Source: Psammoneis japonica (lineage: Eukaryota). From it: a stretch of 46,843 nucleotides of DNA. Positions 12,571 through 25,137 of the stretch are shown here, piece after piece. Each line of letters begins with the position of its first letter. The first letter of the stretch is position 1. Position numbers and translations under genes: made by a program. Where the stretch lies: NCBI GenBank assembly GCA_008632985.1, contig QPGO01000131.1, forward strand, positions 186,001 to 232,843, read 5' to 3'. The notes under the pieces are model-generated. The model saw only the letters and a list, made by a program, of their open reading frames with translations, searched no databases and was not told the origin of the DNA.

Positions 12571-12629
12571 TTGGCATGTCCTTGGCAAATGCCACTGGAG
12601 TCCTCCAACACCATCCAAAGAAAGCTGCA

Positions 12630-12940
12630 CACCTCCTTTGCCACATCTGTGGGCCTGATGCTTCCACACCTTGTGCAGATGGGCTCTTCCTTTTTGTGGA
12701 ACCATGCAAGGGACTGCTGCTGCCCAAGACAAGGCTTGCAGTGACCAATTTTTGCAGGTTGCATGTCTCCAAGGCTCTGCCAGAGTCTGCCAATGCTGTC
12801 CCAAGATGACTGCTGCATGCCTCCTTTGCAACATCTGCGGGCCTCATGCTTCCACACCTTGTGCAGCCAGTGGGGGTCTTCTTGTTTGTGGAGGAATCGT
12901 GCAAAAGGGGCTGGTGCTGCCCAAGACAAGGCTTGCAGCT
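12630..12940 (+). repeat. Two-copy direct repeat (~190-bp period) adjoining the 195-bp array
   Basis: ctcctttgc(c/a)acatctg(t/c)gggcct(g/c)atgcttccacaccttgtgcag...gctgcccaagacaaggcttgcag at ~12633 and ~12822. Confidence 0.8.
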
Positions 12941-14503
12941 TCCCAACTCAAGAGTGCAAAGATGCCACAATTGGACCAACCCACTCAACAACTGCAGACT
13001 GAGTGCATTTGGGGTGCATGTCATGCAGGCAGCAACTCAAACCAATGTGTGTTGATGGTGATGATGATCATCTGGCTTGGCATTTGGCAAACATTTGCTG
13101 GGACATGGGGACACCACCACATGCTCCATTTTAGTTTCTCAAGTTGTCGCCAATGTTGCTCATTGCAGGCAGGGCTGGTCAGCTGCAGTGTGTCATCTCC
13201 TGCTTCACACATGATGCAAGGGCAGGAGAAACATGATCTGCTGTGGACATGGCAACAATTCAATGCATCATCTCTGCCACTGGCTTGTGCTTGGTTCTCA
13301 CTTGTGCACTCAGCAGAGCCTCAAGAAATCAAGCGTGCTGCTGTCATTTGGCATCCTTGGCATCTGCGTCATCCACTTTCCCCACCCATCTGAACAATTT
13401 CAGCCTTGACCTGAAGATCAAAACATGAAAGACAAGTTCCAAGCCCTCACACTGGATTTGATTTGCAAACAAACAGAACATTCTTGGGAGCCTTGGCATC
13501 TGTGCAGCGAAGTGAAGCCAAGTGCAGCTGAGAGAACGAGAAGCAAAAACACACAAGCCAAGCATGTGCAAAAGTGCAAACTCACTGGCAGATGACAAGT
13601 CCCCCAGCATTTCCAAAACAATGGCGCGCAATTTGTTTTCTTGTTTGCAAATCTCTTCTCCTTGTTGTCTGGCCTTTTCATGAATTTTGTCTTCACCCAC
13701 TTGATTTGCTTGAGTGGCTGCAGTGCTTTGCAGGAGATGCCATCCTGCACCATCTTCCATGACATTCAAGCAAGTCTTCCATTCCAAGAGGATCATCAAA
13801 TGCATCATGAATCACCAAGGCATGAACAATGCGCACATCCACAAATGGCCGTCCATCGGCATTGCAGCACACTGCCACACAGACGTTGCTTGGCTGGACC
13901 CCGCCAAACATTCTGGAAATCCTGCCAAAACTGCAGGCCTCCTGGCTTGCTTTCCCAGTCCCACCATGAGTGACCTTCTGATCTGCCAATTGCTGGCTGT
14001 GATTCACTCGACGATTCTTTTGCCTCGTTTTGCACACTGTGTTTGATGTCTCTTTTCTTCACGCTGTCTCCCTCTTTTTGACAGTCGTGGCTCTCACCAC
14101 TGGTCAGCCTTTTGCACTAGAAGATCTTCAACCCTCTTTTACCAGGCTTTTAATGTTCCCACTGTGTGGGGGTGTTAGTCGAGAGAGATCACTCCCGCGA
14201 TGCACTGGAGTTTCCATCAGACCGTGCAGAAAGACAGATTTACCTGAAAGATCGTGACTCACGACACCCCCGTGACTGAACCATCTTCCCGCTTTTTGGC
14301 CGGAAGTTTGGCGGCAAAAACTGTTCGCCATCTCTCTGCAGGGGTGCACAACTTCCCGAAATCCCGAGACGAAAATTCACTTTTCTCACTTCGTCGATTC
14401 ATTCGTCGCCAACGAGAACCATCAACTAGCTAGAGCACGGACAGGAGGTCGCTGAATCTTTTCAACTGCGGGAATCATTGATTTGTTAGACCAAGAGAAA
14501 AGA

Positions 14504-16502
14504 ATGCCAAACATGCAGATTGGCGTAGAAAGCTCGAATTACTATGATGTCGGATCAGCGGAACTTGTGAAGGAGACTCCCTTGACAATTCAGAAGCTCG
14601 AAAAGGTACGGAAGTCGTGTTAATAACGGGCAAGTTCTAACATTTGTTCAAGCATGGCTCAGATGAAGCTTGCATGTGCAGTGTCGTCACTTTTTCTCAG
14701 TTACCCTCGCACCAGAAATCACTTTCGTCTCACTCGTCATGTTCTTTCTCGTTTCAGAGACGGAATTTAACCCCCGATTCCAAGCGCTTGGTGATTGTTC
14801 TGGTTGGCTTGCCGGGCAGAGGCAAGTCTTTTGTGGCACGCAAGTTGTCCTCGTTCTTCACCTGGCGTGGTACAGAAGCGAAAATATTCAATGTTGGTCG
14901 CTATCGCCGCCAGGCGGTTTCCGAATTGGCTTCTGGAGATGCTGGAGAGGGAGAAAGGACTAAGAGAGGATCGTGTGATGCCTCATTCTTTGACTCCAAC
15001 AACAAGGAAGCGGCGGCAATAAGGCAGGCATCTGCAGAGCTAGCCATGAAGGACATGCTCGAGTGGTTGGATCGGGATCTCGAAGGAGAGAGCGGTTCAT
15101 CATGGTCTTCGTCGACTTCTAGTACCATTCTACCTACAAAGGACCGAATTGCAATCTTCGATGCTACCAACTCAACCAACGAAAGGCGTAACTGGGTGCT
15201 CGAGCAGTGCACTTGTCCCATAAGACGCAAGGATAAGCCTACTGGTGTTGTTTTTGTGGAATCGATTTGCGACGACCAGGACCTCTTGGAAGAGAACTTT
15301 AGATTCAAGGTCCTTAACTCTCCCGATTTCCAAGGTTTGAGTACAGAAGAAGCCATTGCGGACCTCAGGATGCGTGTGGAAAAATACGAAGAAGCGTACG
15401 AGACAATCACAGATGATAATCTTTCATACGTCAAAATCTTCAACCTTTCCAGCAAGCTCCTCGTGAATCAAATGTACGGCCGAATGGCAAAAACCATGGT
15501 GCCTGCGTTGATCGCCTGGAACATTGGAACAAGACCCGTCTTCCTTTGTAGAGCAGGAAGTTGTCCGGATGGCATGGATGACGAGGATTATCACACCTCA
15601 ATGAAAGAAATTGGTATGGAGTCACCTCGCGCGAAACGAAAGCTTGTTGCCGGAAAAAGGCTGGGCCCCAAAGGGATCCAGTTCAGAGACAATCTCTCCG
15701 ATTTTATCCTTTCTGAGGGTTTGAGTTTTGTGAAAGAAAGGAACAAGGTCTCGTCACTCTCATCACCCAAGACTTCGGGAACATCAATCTCCGGAATTGC
15801 CGGCAAGATTGCAGGAGACACTGGTACTGACGGTGAAGAATTGCCCTTTCCCCTGGTTGTCATGTCTAGTACCATGCCGCGTGCAGTGCAAACGGTGAAT
15901 TGGGACGGTCTTCCATTTCCCGTGGAACAACTGTCGGCACTCAACCCTCTGGATAAAGGTGACTTCGCTGGAATGGAGCTCGAAGAAATTCGAAAGGAGA
16001 ACCCGGCATGGTACGCGCAGCTTGAGCAGGATCCATTTCACACAAGGTGAGTGTGATGTCGTTCAGATCACAATCCTTAGTAAGCGGCCTCTTGCATATC
16101 TCACAGTTTTCACACTGCTGGTAATCGCGCAGATTCTCGGGTGGTGAAAGCTATAATGACTTGATCAGGCGTTTAGAACCGGTCATCATTGACATTGAGC
16201 AACAGGTTGCACCTGTGGTAGTTGTAAGCCATGTGAGCATCATCCAGGTGCTAATTGCATACTTTCGGCATACCCCAGTTGAGAAGTGTACGTCTATCGA
16301 AGTTCCCATGCACACGGTGATGAAGTTCACGCCTGCCCGCGGAGGAGGCTGGAGTGAGCAGTCGTTTCCTCTTGAAGAGAGAAACGACGCTGGAGCTTTC
16401 TCTCCTTTGTCACCCAGCAATGATTCTTGTGTGAGCGTTCTTAGCGAACTATCCGAATGTCGGAATCCCCCAATTTGGGGCGACCCAGTTCCATTAGAGT
16501 AG
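14504..16502 (+). CDS. PFKFB: 6-phosphofructo-2-kinase/fructose-2,6-bisphosphatase family protein (3 exons)
   Basis: Exons 14504-14605, 14758-16046 and 16133-16502 with GT-AG introns in compatible phase. Kinase motifs: P-loop VLVGLPGRGKS, IFNVGRYRR, FDATNST, FVESICDD. Phosphoglycerate-mutase-like C-terminal domain: RFSGGESYNDLIRRLEPVI, VVSH. Confidence 0.92.
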
Positions 16503-16846
16503 CTGCGTTGAATGTCAGGCATCCACTCTGATCCCTTTGTAGGGCCTACTGCAGTTTTGTTTACGCCAATTAATGATATTTTCATATTATCGTGTTGTGC
16601 CGCTCTTGGTGACACATCGTAGTAGACTAATACTTTCTCACATCAACGACTAGGAGAGTAGCACTACCGTTGCTGGCTCCAGCTAGTAGTAGTTCTGTCC
16701 ATTGACGGGGCCACAAACATTACGTGATGGCGCTAGGTCCCATTTATTGCTTTCATCCCTACGATACAGTATTAGCTCACAAATCACGTCGTCCCACTGC
16801 CCAAGGGACCTGTTCCATCCGAAAACAAGAATCATCTCTCGTTCGA

Positions 16847-19583
16847 TCATGACAAGGAAGGGACGATGTTCCTAGTAGAATAGCGAAGGTCTTGCAGTTT
16901 GCGAACTGATGTCTGGAGTATACCCGACGCCTCTACTCCGTCGTCAAAAAGAATATCGTACTGTATGCCTTCAGTAGTATTTATGATCTCGCCAACGAAC
17001 CAGTTGCCACGCTCTTTGAAATTTCCATACACTTTGTCGCCGACCTTCAGCTGTTCGCCATTCCCTCGTTTTTCCTTGTCATAGTGATCGACGGAAGGCA
17101 CTACTACCCCTTTCTCAACCTGACTATCATCAACATACCGTATATCGTATGACACACCTACGGCGACGCCCTTGACAGCGCCCCTGTACCAATGTTCATG
17201 ATGGTATACCTCTACTCGATCTCCCGGTTGATGCATTGCGCCTCGCACTGTAGGTGGTTTAATCATGCTGTCCTTCCACTGTTCTGGAAAAATGTCATCG
17301 CTAATCTCAATGTAGTGACGGAAAGCATCAGGTAAATGCAGATCGCTACGATAAGGCTTTGTCACGTACTTGATTGAATTTCTCGGCAGGTTAGTCACAA
17401 AACGAGGAACTCCGGCTTCTTCCCAAGCGGTTGTATCGTGAGAAGACGACTGAAAGATTCTAACGGTGTAGGTATCGTCATCACTGGAATGTTTTGAGAC
17501 AACAGAGCATGGCCAAAAATGTCCATGCGCCCCCGGATCCTTCACAGAGTCGCTCCCATCAACGCTGTATCGAGCTAAAATCTCTTCGTCTGACAAAGCT
17601 TTCCATTCTGTGTCGGCGACAACCTCATCACTACTTTCCCCGTACCAGCACACTGTCGTAACGTCGTTTCCATAATAAGGTCGATCGTCACGAAGATCAT
17701 GAGTAAGGTTGGGTGGAACTCGGTTGGCATTCAATTCGGTTACCGAAACATGATGTTCTAGGCTACCGGTAGGCGACTTCCAGTTCCTCACATGACTCTC
17801 CCAAGCTTCTTCCCAACCGGCTCCGTAATCCATGAAAATCTTGCTCGAGCATTGGAAAGAATGGACAAGAGCAGTGTGAGTGCTGCGTCTTACTGATTCG
17901 AAAGCCTGAAATTGCTTGTGCACGCACCTCTTCTCCAGCTTTGATGTCACGTGTCGCCACAATCTCTAAAGTTAGCAGACGCTCTTGCTTTGTCTGTGTC
18001 GCCGGTATCCAGTGCACACATTAGCAAGAAAGAGCAAGAGACAACGATACAGAAGCATCTGAAATAAAATGAGCGAAAGATCAATGCTGGCACACACCTC
18101 TTTGATTTCTTGTAAGGAACGGTTCAACCAGAGTGTAGTAGCCTTGTCCCATTCCGTAGCCCAGCGAACCATAGCGTTTGGTCCATCCTTACCGCACTGT
18201 TGCTTTCGTACGCTGCAGTGGTTTATCAGCACCGCATTTGTTACAGGGCATAGTAACAGACTGCTCTCAGCATGAGAAAAACAGTAATTCAACAAGAGCT
18301 GTTTCCCACGTGCCTCTAAATGATCCGTAACAACTTCATATTCCTTTGTCTCTTGATTCTGCGAGGCGTAGGTGGGGAAAGTGGAGAACCTGTCAATATT
18401 TGTAATGTGCAACAACGGAGTCGGCACAATGATTTGTCCTTCCTTTAAATCTCGCTGTGCCATGGCGCCCCGACCAGCTTGAGGAATCGTACTGCGCATT
18501 GGTACAATATTGTCCAGACACACTCCGTTCTCCTTGATCCATTCGACGCCTCTGTTCTTTACCGAAAGCTCTTTTGCCAAGCGGAAGGCGAGTTCGCGGG
18601 GCTCCATTGAATAATTGGCGGCCTTGAGCACGTGTTGCAGATCGTCCATACTTTTAGGCAAAACGGATGATGCCCTCGAACCGCCATACACAGACGCAGC
18701 TTCATGCATTGTGGAAAGGACTGCAATAGCGAAAAGGCTAACGTGAGCGACTACCACAGCTCAAATTGAGAAAAAATCATGCATTACTCCTCCCGATTAA
18801 AGACAAACACGGACACGTCTTACCCAATTTTCCCGTCAGAGTATCATTGAGGAATCTATCCCACCCATTGTCGTCGCCGAGCTCTTGCTTCATTTTCTGA
18901 ACAAAGTTTGATAAGAACTGGCCTCCCAATTCAAAATCCTTAGAGCGCGGAACATGTCCATACTCTTTGCGATGATCAAGCCACGATTCCGAGTAGTCTA
19001 GAAAGATTTCATCGCCAGCTTCGATGTTTTCCATTGCAAAAAAGTCCTTTCCCAGATAGTATGAAAAGGCCCCTGCACCCGGATCTACATACCTATCCAC
19101 CATTGAATCATCCAAAATGGGGTTGGGCTGACGGAAGCTTAAATTCTTCAAGTAAGTGTGATAGTTTGGCAAGGCTCCAAACATGATTTGGAAATCAACC
19201 GGCTCGAGAGATTCAAAACGCATATCATCGCTCATGCCGCCGTTTCTTCCCCACCACACGTTATTCAATATCCTCAGGTGGTCACCTTGTAGATGGTCGG
19301 GATCTACAACTGGTATGTTTGGCCCGTCGTTTCTTAAAATAAATTCGTCCTGTTTGAATGCCTTGACAGTGAATATGCCGTAGCCCGCAAATGGGATGGA
19401 CGACGGTGCCATGTAAAGGGTGCAAGTGTTTTCATTTTCATCATTCTCTTGTTCCAATCCGATCGCACCACAAGTTTCTGTGCCCGAGCTGTCGCAGTTT
19501 TCACCGTCTGCTTGTTGTGCTGCAGCAATCGAGTTAGTAGCCACAACACCGGCCCATGCAAGAAGAAGTAGCCAGATGTTCAT
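16847..19583 (-). CDS. Signal-peptide-bearing protein with two SET domains and C-terminal tandem Tudor/SH3-like repeats (4 exons)
   Basis: Exons 19583-18824, 18720-18098, 17993-17928 and 17839-16847 (GT-AG, phases consistent). Signal MNIWLLLLAWAGVVATNSIAAA. SET1: LYMAPSSIPFAGYGIF...ALPNYH...IEAGDEIFLDY. SET2: STIPQAGRGAMA...LINHCS...RDIKAGEEIFMDYG. Tudor-like: PGDRVEVYHHEHWYRG...YDIRY and VGDKVYGNFKERGNWFVGEI...YDILFDDG. Confidence 0.85.
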
Positions 19584-20002
19584 TGCGCAGTCTCTTCTTT
19601 CTCCTCTACTCTCTTCTCTCTTCGTCTTCGTGCAACGGGCAATGGGCAACGCTAACGGGTAACGTGTAACGTGCAAGGTGCGGTTGTCAGTGCGTCTATC
19701 AGGCGGAGGGTCAAATCATTATATCATTCCTAAAAAATGAATATTTTGAATACTCCATTTGATATTCCAAAATGAAATTTCAAATTTAGGCCGATCTTTT
19801 GGCCAAATTGGAAATACAGCAAATTTTGAAGCCTGTACGTTATCCGTTTTTACAATAAATCGTCAAAAACGGTGATAAAGGAGAAAGGGGAAGCGAGAAA
19901 CGAAACGAGCGACGCGAAAAAAAAGTACACTCCGCTCGCTCCAGACTCCTGTAGAGTGACAGCTGCAACAACAAAACGGATCCTATACTAAGACTTGCGA
20001 CA

Positions 20003-21340
20003 ATGGCAAAAGAAGAAGCGAAAAAGAAAGACAATAAAAAGAAGGAAGAGAAGGAGTATAACCCACGATGGAAAGGATATCTTCTCCTGAGTCTCACGTC
20101 GATTGTTCAGTTTGCGTCTGCTGCAAACGTTTCAAAGGATCTCGCGGGCACAAGAGAATGGCGTACTTCTGTCTCTTTTGGCGCCGTCCCCTTTACTGTT
20201 TGTGTGCTTTTGAATATTGTGGATCGGGCTAGCTGCACGAGATCTATCAATTTTCATAAGCTCTATGACGGCAAAGCCGAGGGTGGGCTGCTGATCTTTT
20301 TCGTCCTCTGGTGGGTTATTGGGTGAGTCGCGTGATTTTGTACTTACAAAGTGCTGGTTCTACTGGTTAGATTGAATCAGCGCCGAATGTACGTGTCTTC
20401 ATCACACAACTTTTTCTTTTCTCACATTTTAGACTGGGGTACATGACACGTGTTGGCGGCATCGCCTATCTTGCGCTCAACATTTACTTTTCTTCTTGGC
20501 TGAGTTTGGGCGCCACCGTTTATACGCTTAACAAATGGTCGAGTGCGAAGGATATATTGACGATACATGAATTGACTCGTCTATCTGCAACCCTGAAGAG
20601 CTGGTGGATCTTGTTATTCTCATCTGTTGTTACGTTTGCAGCTTCAGCCGACGCTTTCTCCAATACCGAGGGATCCAAAAAGGATGATACCGCCCTAGGA
20701 ATTAGTTTCGGCGTCTTTTCTTCCGTCGTATCCACCATTTTCATTCTCGAGCACTACAATATGTGCTGCGTCTCTTTTGTCAAGCATGGCGGCATGTTGG
20801 AGCTATCGTTTGCCATTGTTTTGATTCTGATATGGGCAGTTGGGTACGTATGCTGTGTCATGTTATACCGTTTCCGACAAGTTTCGTGGTTGAAACTCAC
20901 GGTACGATTTCCATCAATGATTACTGTGCGTTTATAGTGTGTCACTGTTGACCAAGCAAGAAGGGATTGCGGCTACAATTTCAGGCAGCAATTCGAACTC
21001 CATCACCTTTGACACGTTTCCGAGAGGCAGAAATTGCTCCATTGTGGTAGTTTTCAGGGAAGACGATGGTGACTTTGAAAAGGCTCAAACCTTTGACAGT
21101 TGTGAGTTTGTTCCCGGCTCCAACTTGTACTTGTCGTCTTGGACGTGCTTGATTGCATCAATTGCCATTGCCGCTCGTTGGAAAGCAGCTCAAGCCATAC
21201 AGTTCGCGCATGCTCAGAACTCGAATATATTGGGTGATGGAGTTGCTGAAATAGAAGATAACGAAGAAGATGGTGATGATGACATTGGAGATATAGACGC
21301 ATTCATGGATGCAGCGGAAGATTCAGTCGAATCGATCTGA
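20003..21340 (+). CDS. Multipass membrane protein of unknown function (3 exons)
   Basis: Exons 20003-20322, 20433-20843 and 20938-21340 with GT-AG introns and consistent phase. About eight hydrophobic segments in two similar halves (NIYFSSW / NLYLSSW), and an acidic C-terminal tail. Confidence 0.82.
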
Positions 21341-21873
21341 TGAATCCGTCGTGCAACACTTGTGCAGTATCGTAAACCTTTCACTTTTGGTAATCCTACA
21401 ATCCTCTATTTTAAAATTACATTTTCTTTGCATGACATAAGACAGAATCAGCCAGTGGAGTAACCAATAGGCGTGCTTACTTTGAGCCCTAATGCTAAGA
21501 ATGCGTCGCTCTTTGCGCGGGAATTGGAAATTGTGAGTCGTCATGAACAGTCGGTCACACCTCAACGCCTAAGACTGAAATTCTTTTTTATGTTCATGAA
21601 TACATTGAAACCAAATAATAACCTTAATCCATTAAGACATATTAATGTGCAGTCATCTATAATAGAGTCATTGATCGTATGTATTGCAAAATTAGTTCAT
21701 ACAAAAGCACCGTAAAAAGCTGTACGAACGACAAATCATCATCAACCAACAATTGGGCCCTTCCGAAGTCCCTCCCGTTTTGTTTCACTGCGGGAAACAA
21801 CATGAAACATGAGCCTCACTGCTGTTCCCGCCCGTATCGCACCTCTCCCAGAAGAAGATCGAAACCATTGACA

Positions 21874-22838
21874 ATGAGACAGCAGCAGCGACGGCATCTG
21901 GTAGACCTGTTATTGCTTGTGGTGTTCATAATGAGCAGCGTCGGAGCGGCAACAAACGATGAAGAATGTACGAGGGAATGCAAAAACGGGGGGCAGTGTC
22001 GATTGGGTGAAAACGAGTTTGGTCTCTCAACAGAGCTGTCGGATCAAGAAATGATACACGGTGACCCCGTCTTGACTGGAGAGAATGAAGTAAGCAAGAG
22101 TGTATCTCAAAAGCAAGTGAACATCATGCACTGTGCTTGTCCTACGGGATACACCGGTGCTTTCTGTGAAATCAAATTCGCCCCCTGCGGTGAGGACGGC
22201 AAGTGCTTCAACGGGCTTGACTGCGAAGTGGACGAGGACGATTTCGGTAATGATTTCGCTCATTGTGAGTGCGATGCAATGGCTTCAAACTTTTCTAGCC
22301 CTTATTCAATGCACCTGTGTCACAACATTGCAACCATACACTGTACACCGAGTGAGCAAGATCTGAAGGAAGGCGCTGAATACAAGCATTCATTCTGCAA
22401 CAACGGAGGACAGTGTCGTCATATTCTTGGGCATCCGCAAGAAACGTGAGTTTTTCCTTTGCTTATTTTCGTTCTTTCGGTCGCTATGCCCAGTTCTTAC
22501 CTTCTAACCTCGTTTTCACTACATTACATTCCAGGCATAACACTTGTGCATGCACCAGTGGTTGGGAAGGGCCACATTGCGAATACGTCCATGGTACAGC
22601 GCCCAAGGCCTTATCCATGGATGACTCACCAGGAAGCGTGCCTCCCGCTGTTGTTGCCATGGCTGTCCTGATTGGTTTCTTGGCATTCTCAGTCTTCTTC
22701 TTGGTAACGCGAAGAGTATACCTCAGAAGACGTGCACGGACAGAATCAACAAGAGCAACAGATCAAATGAGGAGCAGCGACGGCTCGACAAAACCGCTAG
22801 AGGTCGGGAGCTCTGTTCCAGGACTCGAGTTTACGTGA
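21874..22838 (+). CDS. EGF-like-repeat type I membrane protein (2 exons)
   Basis: Exons 21874-22445 and 22535-22838; an upstream in-frame ATG at 21802 is also possible. Signal LLLLVVFIMSSVGA. EGF motifs CKNGGQC, CACPTGYTGAFCE, CFNGLDC, FCNNGGQC, CACTSGWEGPHCE. TM segment VVAMAVLIGFLAFSVFFLV followed by a basic stop-transfer. Confidence 0.85.
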
Positions 22839-23487
22839 ATGATACAAGGCAGCTCGGAGCTGGCATTGCTACCGCAACAAGATGGTAGAAGTATGTAACC
22901 GGGGTTTGGGTCGGGTGGATTGCGCGTTGCTGGCAATTCATCACAGCATGTCTAAATCCTTATCGACGTAAGGAGTCACTAGTATAATATCAGTAGAATG
23001 AATATGATTACGCTTTTGAAACATAGGACACTTTTGAAGTATGTAGGAGAAGTTGCCTGCTCTGCATATGAATCGGGAATGACTCCTCAGTCCTTTACAG
23101 CAACAAGTTGAGCTTCTTGCGCTAGAGCTTCGTCTCTACGGTAGAGTGCCGGGGATGCATTATTATTTGTTGACGCTCGGAAAGAGATTCTTTTGGCAAT
23201 TGGCGAATGGTTTATTGTACCATTGACACTACGCAAAGAGAGTCATGCTGTGCATAATACCGTAAGTATGTCCGAAACGAATCAGTCAAAAAGAGGCAGG
23301 ATACAAAGGCAAGGCTCCGTGTGATCCAATACGTGACAATGGCTGATTAGAACAAACAAGAAAACTATTTCATTTTAACACAGTGTGGGTGTGCCAGGGA
23401 TCTGACTATGGTGGCCACGATGCTGTTACACACTTGCACACTCAAAATCTCGTCCACACATTTCTCCTTCACTTCCACTCTCTTTCT

Positions 23488-25137
23488 CTAGACAGCACCA
23501 TGGGTAAGCATGACATTGGCGACACGCAAGAATCCCGCAATGTTGGCACCGCAATAGAGGTTTCCTCTCGCATTGAATTCTTGAGCCGTGTTCTTCACAT
23601 CCGTGTAGATACGACTGACTTCATTTGCCAGCATTTCATCGGTAGCCTTTGGACCGAGCGCATGAACAATGGTGGATCCGGTCAACGTCAAGGTGTGCGG
23701 TCCATAGAGGAGTCCACGTTTCTTTAGAGCTCGACGAGCATCCATCGTGACGGCACTGTGTCCACCTTCAATGACACCAATGCATCCATTGTCCGCAAGA
23801 CAATTGACGGCGTTCTCATCAATGTTATTCATGGCTCCGCAGGGAAAGCACAAGTCGCATTCAATATCGAGAATGTTCTCGGGATCATTGAATTGCGCCG
23901 ACGTGGAGGCAATAATGTACCTTCCCAATAGCGCGCCTCGTTCGTTCTTGATGGAGTCAATGGTTTTGAGCTTTCCAACATCAATGCCATCGGGTTCGTA
24001 GACGTGTCCGCTGAGATCGGAAAAGGTGAGGGGAATGGCACCGAAATCCAACAATTTCTTCGCAAGACTCCTTGCCACCTTTCCGGCGCCGATAATGAGA
24101 CAGCGCTTTCCTTCGAGCGAGTCGTTTCTGTCTTGAAGCATCTCGTTGGCATAATGGACCACGCCATAGCCAGGAGCCTGTGGTTGTCAAGAGGGGAGGG
24201 GGGTGGGTTGAGAAAGTGAGGAACTGCATAGATATGAACAAGCAAACCAAAATCACATTCAAAAACATACCTCTGGAAAGGACGGATTGCCACCCGACAA
24301 GAAGGATTGTCCTCCAGAGCTCGTGTGGTTGTTGATACGCTTGTACTGTCCAAAGAGATATCCGATTTCTTTTGCTCCGACACCCATGCCGAGTCCGGGC
24401 GTATCCATATCGGGTCCAACATACTTGGATAGCTCCGTCATGTATGACTGACAAAAGCGCTGAATTTCCGATTCCGACTTGTCAAAGGGATAAAAGTCCG
24501 ATCCTCCAACAGCAGCTCCGAAATCGAATCCGGTAAGAGCATTGGAAAAGACCGCATCAAAGCCCAAGGCCTTGATGACTCCCGAATTAACGTGACTTCC
24601 AAAGTGCAACGGTCCCATATAAGGTCCAATAGCACTGTTGTACTGAATCCGGTATCCACGGTTCATCCTCACGACACCTGTATCATCAATCCACGCCACA
24701 CGGAATTGAATGAAACGCTCCGGTTCCATGAGTTGCTTGGCCACAAAGGCATAACGGGGGTTTCGATCAAAAATGGGCGACAGACAGTGCAGATTGCTCG
24801 ACACGGAATTGATAAAGTCGGTGTAGTGCGCATCACGACGTTTCGCTTCACCCACCAGCAAGTTGGCGGCCTCGAGACCCGTCTTGAAACGCACATCTCC
24901 CTGTCGACGAAAGAGAGGTTTGTTACGCCACGACTTGTCAATCTTCATGGTTTGATGGACGCCGGCTTCATCCGTCACGAGCGTTTTGGGCGGACGACCG
25001 TCCGATGCAAACGAACGAGTACTTGATACCGACAGAACTGCTGATGATGATGACGATGCGAGCGGTACTACTGCTGCTGCCCATTGACGACCACATGCTG
25101 CCGCACGAGAGGTCTGGGTGGCGGTCAACATCCTCAT
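23488..25137 (-). CDS. NADP-glutamate dehydrogenase-like protein (2 exons), catalytic residues substituted; mitochondrial-type presequence
   Basis: Exons 25137-24271 and 24177-23488. GDH-collinear motifs: EPERFIQFRVAWIDD, NRGYRIQYNSAIGPY, EIQRFCQSYMTEL, EIGYLFGQYKR, PEAPGYG, IIGAGKVA, GANIAGFLRVANVM. The Ser/Ala/Arg-rich N-terminus ends TRSFAS. Confidence 0.88.

Larger units (their letters stand above)
5830..14110. other. TpA/CpG-depleted hypermutated domain 2 (TE relics and tandem repeats)
   Basis: About 18 TA dinucleotides counted by eye in ~8.3 kb, sparse CG, very high TG/CA. Six-frame ORFs are Cys/His/Gln-rich and nearly Tyr-free. Confidence 0.9.
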
